A DNA stretch of 64,000 bases from NCBI GenBank assembly GCA_010093815.1, contig ML996566.1; one strand, written 5' to 3'. This DNA is from Pseudovirgaria hyperparasitica (taxonomy: Eukaryota). The notes beneath the pieces are model-generated. The model did not search any database and had not been told where the DNA came from. It saw only the letters and a list, made by a program, of their open reading frames with translations. The first letter of the stretch is position 1. Every line of letters begins with the position of its first letter. The translations under genes were made by a program, and so were the position numbers. Of the stretch, positions 13,051 through 24,855 are shown piece by piece.

Positions 13051-14131
13051 AATCGATGCAGAAATGGTTGAGGTTTGATATTATAAAGAGATGATGTTAC
13101 GAAGTTATCGTTCTTCACAAAATTACAATGAAATCAAGGCAAGAACATAGTGATCCTAATACAAGGCTAACCGCGTACGCACCTGTAAAGAACCTTCAGG
13201 CAGGAGATAAATGGCGTAACGCTTTCAAGGCCTCGTTCATAGCCCTGCCGGCCTCCATTAGGATTGCTTACCACATCCACAGAAGCTCTTTTAGAAATTA
13301 AGTGCAAATCCTTGAGACCATCGTCGATGCGACTGCTCGAGGCGTAGATCATTGGATAATTTCACAAAGCCAGCTAAGCCATACGCCTGAGTATAGAACT
13401 ATGTAAGCCATGGAGTGCCTGCATATAGCTAAGAATCCTGCCTGGGTCCATTTACTCAAGATCTGTCATCATTCAGACAGGGAAGTATAGATGCACGAGT
13501 TGCAGAATTCTGCGTTCGCTTTGATGTTATTGGACTATGAACCTTTACAACATGCGCATGACAGCCATCAGGATCTGTTAATAGGGCACGGAAACTAAGG
13601 TGTCCGGTCCGGTCCGGGCACCATCAGCAAGCCACTTTCCTCTGGTAAATAAACCTTTCCTGATTAGGTCCATGTAAAGCTGAATTCCATTCACAAAAGC
13701 GCATCTCGAAGTCCGTCAAGTCATCAGCCTCAATCGCGTGGCATATCCCATTGGAGCGTCCTAGCACATACTCGCCTAGTCGGATGATCTGCTGACGATG
13801 GGAGGTGGGACAATTAATGCAGCACGGCGTCATCCTGCTCCGATATTCAGATTGGCGACTGTGGCTAAGCGGACATCGCACACTATTATCGTATCGATGT
13901 CAGATTCGTGATAAGGCCAAGTCAGATGGAAGAATCAGGAAGAGATATAATGGGGTACAAGAACAAGGGTATCGCTCGGAGATTGCGATAGACAGGATGA
14001 CCTTTGTTTTGTAAATCCATTCGCACCTATCAATGATCAAAAGTTCACATTAGAACGTGATCCATCCAAATCCCAGAGCGTGTCTTCACGAAGTATCTCC
14101 AGCCATCAAGCGCCCTATAACAGCCTCTGAC

Positions 14132-15266
14132 ATGTCTCGTTTACGCCAATCCCAGCCGATAGCTGGAGAAAACATCGAGAGGATCACCATTCGCATGCCG
14201 GAGCTCTTCGTGTCATTCCTGAAAGATGCGCCCCTGTTGAACGCTGAATACACAGAAGTCAAGTATGAGGCGGAGGAAGCAATTACAAGGTATGCAAGAC
14301 AAAGGCCTGGTGAGAGCCGTGCTAAGCCATAACAGGGAGTGCAGCTTAAGCACACGAGTTAGTAAAGCCATAATGAAATGTGACTGGGCCTACCTCGCAG
14401 CAATTGTAGCCCACAATGCGGACCGCGACCGATACCGGACCCTGTGTGACTGGGGAAACTGGGTCTTCCCTTTCGACGACCTTTTCGACGACGGCGAGTT
14501 ACGCGCTGATTATGAGAGTGCAAAGACCACTATGGACCAGCTTCTTGGTCCATTTGTCGAGAACGTGTCGATGTGCGGTAGACAGGTGGCGCAGAGGCCT
14601 TCACTTCTTCGCTTCCACGATGGGCTCGTGCATCGTATACAAGGCGCGGCATCTAAAGGGGCATATGCCCGGTACCTGAAAGGCATGGTTGATTACTGCA
14701 ACGGTACCCTGGAGCAAGTGCAGAAAGTACAAGACGACAATGTACCGGCAATAGAGGAGTTTCTTGCCATGAGGCGGCGGTCGGTCTGTGTTTCTGCGCT
14801 TTTCGCATTGATCGAGTATGTGCACAACCTGGATATTCCTGATTATGTGTTTGAGAACGCAGCTATCCGCGAAATCGAAGAGGCTGGGATCGATATAATT
14901 TTGATGCACAACGACTTGCTATCTTACTACAAAGAGGAGTCGGAGCGTGTGCCTCACAATTTGGTTGCCGTGGCTAGGATGAGTGGAATGACGGGCCAAG
15001 AGGCGGTCAGCTTTATTGGATCATCGATCGACAAGCGATATAGCGATCTCAGGAAAGCGGCGTCTCTTGTGCCACTTTGGGGCACGCCGGTGACGGCCGA
15101 GGTTGAGAAATACATACAGGGGATTCGAAATGTCATCAAGGCAAATCTGTACTGGAGTTTCGGATCGCACCGATACTTGAGCGAAGAACAAAAGAAGAGA
15201 TGGCGGTCCAGGGGAGAGATAGAAGTGCTTGCAAATCCGCAGTATTTAGTATCACTGAGCATATAA
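14132..15266 (+). CDS. Class I terpene synthase (probable sesquiterpene cyclase), 2 exons
   Basis: Intron 14290-14335. Motifs DWGNWVFPFDDLFDDG (DDxxD), RRRSV effector Arg, NDLLSYYKE (NSE triad) and WSFGSHRY (WxxxxxRY). Confidence 0.93.
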
Positions 15267-15378
15267 ACAAGTCTGAAAGTGAACTATTCACCAAATTAGA
15301 CTACAGATATCATAATATAAAGAAGTTAACAATACTTTCCGTTCGCCAACCAGACCGATGGAGATTTTCTCTACGGCA

Positions 15379-16753
15379 TTAAGTAGCATGTATCAGCTCC
15401 CTCGTCGAACTGCGAGAGCTCAACTCCAGATCTTCACCATTTCTACTTGATGGAGCTGAAAGTGTGTCATGACCGATGTCACACTCGCCCTGACTTTGAA
15501 ACTCTACCCTTGTTACCACGGTTTTTGTGATTCCCTGATCGCAGAACGGTATATCGTCCGTTCCACGACCAATCTCGGTGGTCAGTGTGTTCACCGAGTG
15601 AGACTGGATCAGGCCTGGTTGTACATGTAATTGAGGCCCAGCACTTGGTCGGCCTCTCGTAGTCGTGCCGAGATTGGTGCTTATGAAATGAGAATTGTCA
15701 TGGTCGCCGTATCGATGAGGTCCCCTTGCAAGTTTGGTAATCAGCGCTGCCATGTCCATCTCAATGTGTAGTTTGATGATATATGCTAGGGCCTGGAACT
15801 GGATAGATCTGTACAGCGTTTGTCAGTAAGCTCCAAGTCCCTTCTACTGTAGGAGTGCACACTTACATGTAATCATTTCGGAGGTTCATTACGCTAAGGA
15901 TTAAGATCTGTTATGTCTCAGTGAACGGGCAATTCATCTGTGGATATTCACATACGTCCACAAAGATCGAGACTCCAATCATGAATAAGTTGAATCCAAA
16001 GAGTGGGGTATACTTGGTGAGCCCTCTCGATATCAGGTTCTGCTTCACGGAAATGATGAAGTATATGTTTAGGCCAGCATCCAGGATAAGAAAGAGGCAT
16101 TTTTCCATGCGGTCCCAGATTTTGTTTGCGTAGATCCATTGAGGAGAGATTTGTAGGCGAGATGGTATCCATACGCAGAACACGGAGATATTAATGACCA
16201 GAATAATACCTGCAGTGAACCACTTCAGTCTTTGCGCTATCTTTTGATCTGCAATGACAATAGCAAGTCGATTTATGATGATCTGCAGGATGATGTGGAT
16301 CTTCAGATTGTCAGATGTAACATAGTGTGATACTGAGAGCATGACACACCTGAATGCTCCATATAGTGACTGGATCATATGTCAGGGTCGCAGCCAATGG
16401 AAAAGGGATAGGACTACAAACCAATGAAGAGATAGTATTCCAAGCTGTTTATCATCAGTGTGGGATTCAGAGATACGATCGGGATATAATTGCCTAGGCT
16501 GTAGAGTTCCGTCTACAAACAGCCAACATAGAATGCCCATTGTCATCGAAGCGATCCACTCAGTCCAGATCATCACCACGTAACCTGTTATTCGACGAGA
16601 TCTTCGCCATTTCTTGAGAGTCTGACGTGCCGCTTTGACTCCAGCGAGCCAGCCAAGCCCAAGCTGGATACCCCATGTCAGCGTGACTACCTTGTGCTCG
16701 AAAGCTGATATGTCGTCCTTGATATACCATGGAGGTATCAGGGTGCCTGGCAT
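15379..16753 (-). CDS. Fungal multi-pass (about 7 TM) integral membrane protein, multi-exon
   Basis: Three minus-strand ORF pieces are joined by introns. They carry successive hydrophobic helices and the motifs LQIIINR, INISVFCVWIP, WDRMEK...DAGLNIYF and YIIKLHIEMDMA, followed by a polar C-terminal tail. Confidence 0.8.
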
Positions 16754-18264
16754 ACTTGAGTCGTTATCTGAGACGACTGGTAGACTTTCAGGAAGAAGGA
16801 TGCATATATCAGTAAGATGGGAAGTCGTTCGAAGGTGCTTAACTCCAGAAATTCGGGGAAGATCCGAGTACTATGGGTACTTGCGCGGCCCACAACGATA
16901 ATCGCTCATCGCCATCAATTTGCCATATAGTGTTAAGAACCATCTCTAATTCGCGTTGCGCGTGCCATGGCCGAACGAAATTTTCAAGGGGGCCCATCAC
17001 CAGCAGGGATTCTGTTCTGGAGAGGCATACATACATGATTTCTGTGCCCTGAGTTGGGCTTCGTAGAGCACTGTTATGTTGTTTCGTGATGATGTTTATA
17101 CCCTATAAACGTAGGACAAGCCTCGAGGCCGAAACTTGCTGAGCTCCAGTTTGGGCATATGCAGGGGGATCCTTGACAAAAGAGATTTCCAGTCCTTTTC
17201 ATGATACGTACGGCTGAATTCGGATCGTCGGTAGTGGCAAGTACCCGGGACTAGCTGGGATGTTTGCTCTGGGATGTTTCTATCATGCCATGTCGAGCCA
17301 TCCACGAGAACATGAAACACGACGATCTAACTCTGTTCGGGTACTGGCAGGGCCAAGACCCGGATACCATATCTTAAAAAGGAGTCGTTGCAAGTGTTTG
17401 GACTAAGACGGTATATGCCGAAGTATGAATGTCTACAAGCCGGTATCTCGAGTCTGAAAGGCAGTCGCACTGAATTCTCGTGTGACCAAGAATTCAAAAT
17501 AAAGTCTCGCAGACACGCGACCGCCATAAAGGCTGTCATCAAGCCTCAGTCTTCCTAGCTCTTAGACTTATGCATAGACAATACCCCTCAAGAAGCCACG
17601 AGCTCAATGTTCCGTTGCTCGCTTGCTGGTGTGGCGAAAGAGGAGAAGTCATCGATCTCAAAGGTCATCTACGTTTCGAGTTTGTCGAGTCAGCAGTTGG
17701 ACGAGGTACCTTAGACAACCGAGCTCGGGACACTTCTAATATAGTCACCTTGAGCTAGTATCAGACATACTGATAGACACATCACCCATCAAATATTGCC
17801 TCACCAACGTTGGTGGACGTGTTGAGGCTAGGCTTAACGCATAGTAGTGCGCAAAGTCGGGTTGCAGTTTAGAAAAATGTAGAACAGGGGCACGAACAAA
17901 CAGTTGTCTTGCTCTATCACAGTCATCGAACATGTGACTGTACACGAATAAAGGTTTACATATTTGTGCCTTATGAGTCACGTTTCCTTGTTCTACAAAG
18001 CCGGTGTAGGTAGTGTTGTGGCACGCACACCAGGCAGCACCGCCTCAGGAATGTGCGGAAGCAGTTCAGCGATGCTGTAGCCTTAGCGCTGTTACTGCAA
18101 TGTCCATACATATAAATACTACGAACATCTCCCAGGAACTACGATACTGATCCTCAATCTCTCGGTCACTCTTCTTCTTTCCTGAACATTAACGTTTGCA
18201 CATCAGTTGCTGCGCGTGCAATTTCGAACCACAAGTTGGGATATTCGGAATCTCCACAGCAACC

Positions 18265-20568
18265 ATGGCCGGTGTAGACGTCGATCAAACCATCTTGGTC
18301 AAGGATCTAAGTACGAAGTCGGTGGTTTTGTACCCATCGCACGCTCATGTGACTCGCGATATCAACGATGTGATGCTCAAGCAAGGTGTCAACACAATCG
18401 AGATATTCGGTCTCGCCCCGACTGTGGATGAGCATAGCATTCAAGTTGATGGCAGGGGTGCTGCAACTATCGTGGATCTTTCAGTTGAACTCGTGCCCAA
18501 TCCTGATGACTTCGAAGAGTTTTATATGGTTGCCGATGACCCCTCCAACGAGAACAGTGATCCTGAGGAGTCTCCTGATAATGATAACGAGCCTGATGAT
18601 GTGAAGAAATTGAAAAGTACACTGAAGGCTCTGCGAATGGAGTTGTTACATGCAAAGGAAGACGAGAACTCAGTTAATCAGAGACTTCTTGTACTCGACA
18701 CATATTATCGATCGATCGATGCGAGGTATTACAAGCCAGAACAAATACCGTCTGTCATGCAAAAGTACGCAGAAGATAGAGCCGCGATTCAAAAGGACCT
18801 TCACGCTGTATCGAAAACAATTGGAGAGCTGAAACAGAAGATCAGCAAGAGCGAGAAATCGAAACCAAGCAAAAAGATCCGTAGGATCGAAGACAAGCAG
18901 AAAAAGATCAAAGAACGTCGGAAAACGAAAGGGGACGAGAAAGCTCGGTACATCGAGGCTGAGCGACTTCGCTTCTGGCCCAAGAAAGTCTACCGAATCA
19001 TGCTTCAACTCGAAACCACTATTGAGACTCCGACCACCTCCCGTAAGGAGTCAGTCAGTTCGGTGACACTGTCTAGAGCTGCCATATCGCCACTCAAAGA
19101 TATAGACACCACGAAGGGTTCCTCGCCCTCGACAGCGATCTCGTTGTCCCTTTCATACATCACTCAACAGGCTCAATGGGGCCCACGCTACGACATCACG
19201 ATCGATTCCACCCAGAAGACCGCCACAATTGTCTACCGGACCGAGTTTATCAACCACACATCTGAAACATGGAAGGATGCTAAAGTTTCCTTCTCGAACT
19301 CGCAGACCTCATACCAAGGCGTCGACGACATACCTCCGAAGATGAACCCGTGGCATATAAAGCTTGGGCCGGAAAGTGATGACGTTGACGAGGGACTCCT
19401 CAGTCTGGAAGAGGTATTCCGGCCTCGTCGTAAAGCAAAGGCTGTGCCGCATTTCAATCGCAGGGCATTATTCGGTGAAGATGGTGATTACGTTGAGCCA
19501 CAGTACGACAGCTCAGCACAGCGTCAAGCATGGCATGCCAGCTCATTCAAAACTCAAGCCTCTGAAGGACTTAGGTCAGATACTTCGATGCAGCAGCAAG
19601 CAAGAACAAGCAATAGACTTTCCGGCAACGCGGCTCTCCTGAAAGTCAATGCTATGCCCCAAGCCTCAGCCTTCGGAGCAAGCACAACATATCAGTCACC
19701 ATTCGAATCCTACCATCCGTCACGCTTCCAAAACGCTTCAGACCCTCCACCTCCCGCCCACCCTTCCTCCCTCAACACCGAGATCCCTCCGTCCACAGTC
19801 GCCTTCGAAGAATCAAGTTGGGAGGACAACGGCCTGACAACAACCTACGAAATTCCCGGCACTCGCACACTCGCCCCGTCCTCGCAGACCCGACGCCTCA
19901 AGGTCGCGTCGCTCCACGTCAACTCGGTGCAGCTCTCATACATCGCTGTGCCCAAGCTTCGCGCTGCCGTCTTCCTGCGTGCCAAACTACGTAACCCGTC
20001 TACCAGTGTCACCCTGGTCAAGGGCTCCGCCGGCGTCTCACTCGACGGCTCGTTCTTAGGCCATGTAGACTTGCCGCGCATCGTGCCAGGCGCCCCGTTC
20101 AGCGTGCCTCTAGGCGTCGATCCAGGCATCAGCGTGAGCTACCCGAAGCCCGCCGTGCATCGCAGTGCGCAGGGCCTGTTTGCGCGGGAGAACGCCAAGT
20201 CATATACACGCAGCGTATGGCTCATGAATACCAAAACGCGCCCGGTCGAGCTGCTCGTGCTTGACCAGATCCCTGTCTCGGAAGACGAGAAGTTGCGCAT
20301 TGAGGTCCTGCAGCCGAGCGGATTGAAGGAGGGCGAGACGGTCACGGCGGGGATGAGTGCGCGCGAGGCTGGGGCTGTGGAAGGTGCACCGACGTGGATG
20401 AAGGGCGAAAAGACTTGGGGTAATGCAACGGCGAGTTTGAAGAAGAATGGCGAAGTCAGCTGGAATGTGAAGTTGGAAAAGGGAGGGGCGTGTTTGTTGA
20501 GATTGGAGTATGCGGCACGGACGCCGGGCACAGACAAGATTGTGAATGTGGCTGGAGAGCATCATTGA
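18265..20568 (+). CDS. DUF4140/DUF4139 (mucoidy inhibitor A-like) protein
   Basis: Intronless ORF with KSVVLYPSHAHVTR, a coiled coil, LSYITQQAQWGPRYD, NHTSETWKDA, YIAVPKLRAAVFLRA, LGVDPGI and VLDQIPVSEDEKL. Confidence 0.85.
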   Translation: MAGVDVDQTILVKDLSTKSVVLYPSHAHVTRDINDVMLKQGVNTIEIFGLAPTVDEHSIQVDGRGAATIVDLSVELVPNPDDFEEFYMVADDPSNENSDPEESPDNDNEPDDVKKLKSTLKALRMELLHAKEDENSVNQRLLVLDTYYRSIDARYYKPEQIPSVMQKYAEDRAAIQKDLHAVSKTIGELKQKISKSEKSKPSKKIRRIEDKQKKIKERRKTKGDEKARYIEAERLRFWPKKVYRIMLQLETTIETPTTSRKESVSSVTLSRAAISPLKDIDTTKGSSPSTAISLSLSYITQQAQWGPRYDITIDSTQKTATIVYRTEFINHTSETWKDAKVSFSNSQTSYQGVDDIPPKMNPWHIKLGPESDDVDEGLLSLEEVFRPRRKAKAVPHFNRRALFGEDGDYVEPQYDSSAQRQAWHASSFKTQASEGLRSDTSMQQQARTSNRLSGNAALLKVNAMPQASAFGASTTYQSPFESYHPSRFQNASDPPPPAHPSSLNTEIPPSTVAFEESSWEDNGLTTTYEIPGTRTLAPSSQTRRLKVASLHVNSVQLSYIAVPKLRAAVFLRAKLRNPSTSVTLVKGSAGVSLDGSFLGHVDLPRIVPGAPFSVPLGVDPGISVSYPKPAVHRSAQGLFARENAKSYTRSVWLMNTKTRPVELLVLDQIPVSEDEKLRIEVLQPSGLKEGETVTAGMSAREAGAVEGAPTWMKGEKTWGNATASLKKNGEVSWNVKLEKGGACLLRLEYAARTPGTDKIVNVAGEHH

Positions 20569-23492
20569 AGACAGCTGTGTCGATTGAAATTCTTATTATT
20601 CCACCATTTGTGGTATATGGACTCGCCAGTGGGCGTCGGCGACATTTGGGCGAAATGCTTGTGTCTATCAGATTTGGTGCAATGGGTTCTTGAGATCTAG
20701 GAAATTGTTCGTTGGATTTGGTCAGCGAGACCATTGTTAATCAGGCAGAGGCCGAAATTCATTCCAGTGTCTCAGAATGCCCACCTCTAATTCACGTAGT
20801 CTTTTGAGAATGAATGAATCAAATGTTTACTCTATAATCTCGGACTTGAACAAGATAACCTGTCTGATCTATGACATAACTTGGCAAGCAAAAATCCGTC
20901 GATAGTGCGAATGGCGGTATGTTGTACAACGTGCTTGATTAAGACCCTCTTGTTAGCAGTAGTACTGTATTGCGTGATGTAGCATAAGCTCTACTAAGCT
21001 TTGCCAAGTGGACAAGGTAATCCACATGGATCCCGTGGGGGCCTAATCACTTCTACGGATTGGAGGCGACGCGTCTTTCCCCACAGCAATATACTATACA
21101 AGACTCTGTCTAGTCCTTTATTTACTATGTCTCACAGTGGAGGAACCCAGTATAGTAAGATGACGAGTAGCCGTGGCCGAAGACTCAGGGAACATGACGT
21201 TCTTTTCTATCAGCCCTGTCCGCCCTGCTCCTGCATGTACGACACGACCTGTCTCATAGACCATAGTGCACAGATCCTCTGGAGACCTATTTACCGGGGA
21301 TGGAGGGACTGTCAAGCGATGAACTAGCAATGCAAGACATGTATGTCACGTTGCAGACTCCAGGCTTTGGCCTCGGCCATCCTGGTAGCACCCTGATGAA
21401 AGCTTCGTCCATTGCAAGTAGAATAGAGTCAATGCACGCAAGAGGCGGCCCGCCCCTGCTCTAACAAGAATCCTTCGAGGTGCAATAAGGCATGAAGATC
21501 GTTTACGCCAGACAAGCAAATGACAAGCAAATGACAAGCCAATAGTGCGGCTTGTTTCCGATAATCTATCTATCCCAACCGTCTTCCTGGACGCCAGAGT
21601 TGGTGGTTTGTCGATGCGCGATGCGGAGGTTATGTTGGTTTAACAGTACGAAAAGTGAGAATCGAGTGTGGATAGTGAATATACTTGCACTGCAGTTTGG
21701 TATGTACTTGTTTTTGTTGGAATGTGCGGTCCCGTATTGCGGAGACTCGACTGGAGGCCCCAAAGTGTAAGACCTTTGGTCAACAATGAACAAGATTCTA
21801 GATAAGATTCAGATGAAGCATCAGGTATATCACATTTTCAGCATTTATTGACCTTGATAATAATCAGACATGGAGTTCTATAACGTGTGGAATAGCATGC
21901 TGTACTCCTATCTTTGACGGTGACTATAGCAGCTTGTTAGACGTGTCTAATTTTCGTGTTGGACGGGCGTATGTCATCGAGATCGAAGCCAAAGTTCATT
22001 AGGATCCGACTGAAACATGCGGTTCACAAGGTGTTGTAGATGTAAGCGGCTTGCGGGAGGCGCACCATAGCGACATTCCTGTTTCGAGCATTGATAACGG
22101 ACGAATGAGAGAGTGTGAAGGGACCAGGTAGTGATGATGACACGTGAAAGAAACAGCGGGCAACAGTGACAGATAGATGGGTTTCAGCATCCGTCAGACC
22201 AAGATGGTGAGTGGTGGATATGGAGAGTGGAGGGTGGTGATTGTGGTGATGGTGTTTGCTGCGAACGTGGCTGGAGAGGGAATTGGAAAAGAGTTGTGGG
22301 GAAGATGGAGAAGGGCACGGACTCATCACGTGGCTATTCGCCGTTCTGTGACGGAAACTGCGTCACAGGCTGACAACTACTTTCTGCTTTCTGCCGGTTG
22401 TTGTTGCTAGACTTTCCAAATCTCGACCGGTGGGCACCCAGCTCACTCATCCTCCACACTACTCAGCACCAACATCCGCATACGCATCCGCAGTCTGTAC
22501 GTCCCTATGCGAACTGTCTGAAGCTTCCGAATCGTCTTGCTTTGGCCCCATGTCCTGCCATCCCCACGTGCGCCACGTGTAGCGCGCCGGCCACAAGCAT
22601 CGACCGATGACGTTACGAAGCTTCGATCCCCAGTTCGGCACCTAGAGCACAAGCATGAAAGGCCCACGGGTGATGTGCATTCCAAAAAAAGATCCCACGA
22701 GCCTCAGCTGAGGCTCAAACAGATCACTGTCCACCACGGCTAGGACGCCGCTCATCCGTAAATCAGAAAGGCACATGGACAAAGACAGGAACTTGCAGAC
22801 CAATGGAGCACGTAGCTGGATGCCGTAGGGACGAGAGATTTCTCTGATAGGTCTCTGCTCACGACAAACATGGCTTGAATTCGGCCATCGACGATGGTAC
22901 CTCTCTCTTATCACCTTACATGCGAAATTAGGAACGTAAAGGTAAGTGGGTTTCGCGTTGGAGGATTCTAGATGGTACACAATACTGTGAGTGGCTTTGC
23001 TTTGAGTCGATATGGACGAAGGGTGGGGCCTCCAAAAGATATGTGACAACGCGGCGATCTTCGTGTTTCTGAATCCTGCAGGATGGGAGACGAAAAAATA
23101 CTCGAGATAAACCAATCACAATCCCGGAGGTCAGCTGTCAGAAATACTACTGCTGAGGGGGGTCACTACAGCAGTCCTGAGTCCTGGGGCTGCAATTCAC
23201 CACAAAGCCATAACGCCCCCAACGCCTGGTCTCTGCATTCCATGCTAGCGCTCATTATCGACAGCCAACCCAACACCTGTGTACGGACAACCAGGCCTTT
23301 GTCGATCCCGCACCGTTACGGAGCAGTTTCCATATATCCTTGTTTTTCTTATTGCAGTCAAGACTTATATCAATATCTTGTTTCCGCCAGCCCTGTCCAG
23401 CTTCGATATGAACAATCTGAATCTATCTCTTCAACCTAGACAGACCAGAACATACCCAACCGCAATACCAATTCATCTCACCACGCTTCAAC

Positions 23493-24855
23493 ATGTTCGA
23501 TCCACCAGTCTTTGAGCACACTACTGCTCCCTCTCCCCCTCCACCTGCGAATGGCACAACACAACGGAGAGAAATCTCATTCATTTTCCCTTCGCCAGTC
23601 AAGGATGGCCAGCCTCGGTCTCGCAAGCTGCGGGCATCGTGCGATTCTTGCTCTCTCGCAAAGGTAGCTTCTGCCTGGACATGTTTATATTTTTCCCAGC
23701 TCACACTTGCCATAGGTTCGGTGCAGCAAGGAGCACCCAATATGCCAGAGATGCAAGAACATTGGCCACAAATGCAACTACTCTCCTTCTATGAGATTGG
23801 GCAAGCCAAGATCCATCCACAAAAAGCCAAAACCGGAGAAGCATCCCCAAAAGCCTCTACTGACTCCGATGGAATCGAAGCTTGAACCAGTCACCAGCAC
23901 ATCTAAGCCGATGACTGACATTAGTGATGCCAATCTCTACAACCTAAATGCACAGAATACCGCCTTCGACACCCTCCTTGGACTCGACGGTCCTCTACTA
24001 CCAGAATCCGACCCTAATCATCTCAGTAACATCATGGATGACACTATCTACTTTCCTACCAACGAGCTATTCACGCGCCAACCGAGCCTGTCAACCTTCT
24101 CAGATAGCAGTATTGACGACTATCTGAGTGGGAATTCAATGGACTTTGCGCCAGACTTTGCATTTGACAGCCCTGAGCCAATCAATGCCGTGCCAGGCCT
24201 TACAAGTGACTCGGAAGATGATATTACCAACTGTTTCATCGACCCAAAGAGTACACAGAATGTTGGATTTTCAACAAATCCTCTGCAAACCCCTGAGCCT
24301 TCAACGCCTGGGTCTCCAGCCCAAAAAGCGCATGACTGCACAGAGATCGCGTTCAAAGCATTGAACAGCCTATATTCCTGCGAGAGTGCGCATAGCAAGC
24401 CAGGATCATTTCCTGACAACTTCACTGCCATGGAGAACATCATCTCGGAAAATGATCGAGCTATGGAAATCGTCGAGCGTTTAATGGCATGCCCTTGCTC
24501 CATCAGCCCGAACTACTCAACAACTCTCTGCTTCATACTGCTAAAGGTGCTTTCACTATGCAACATTGCACAGGGCCTCGGCGGAGAAATTCAATACCCA
24601 GGCATTTTCACACCTCGCCAGTCGCTGCCCGGTGAGGATGGTGAGCGCAGAGTCAAGCAAGCCCAATCCATCATTACAGGCCTGCGCAGGGTTGAGAAAG
24701 TTGTCGATGAGTTCTCATCACGTTTCAGCCGCAACACAGATAATGGAAAGATCATTGACGAGATGGTCTACGTCCATCAAGAAAGGATGCTCCGGAAAAT
24801 GCTCCGGAAGGCGGCCGGATCCGCCATGATCGGCATGGGCTCCCCAGAATTTTAG
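23493..24855 (+). CDS. Zn(II)2Cys6 transcription factor, AflR-like
   Basis: RKLRASCDSCSLAK|VRCSKEHPICQRCKNIGHKCNYSPSMRLGKP, with intron 23664-23715. The C-terminal ERLMACPCS...FILLKVLS resembles the AflR regulatory domain. Confidence 0.88.

Noticed and set aside
21510..21539. Short tandem GACAAGCAAAT repeat (about 2.6 copies)
   Set aside because: Ordinary slippage-type duplication with no supporting context.
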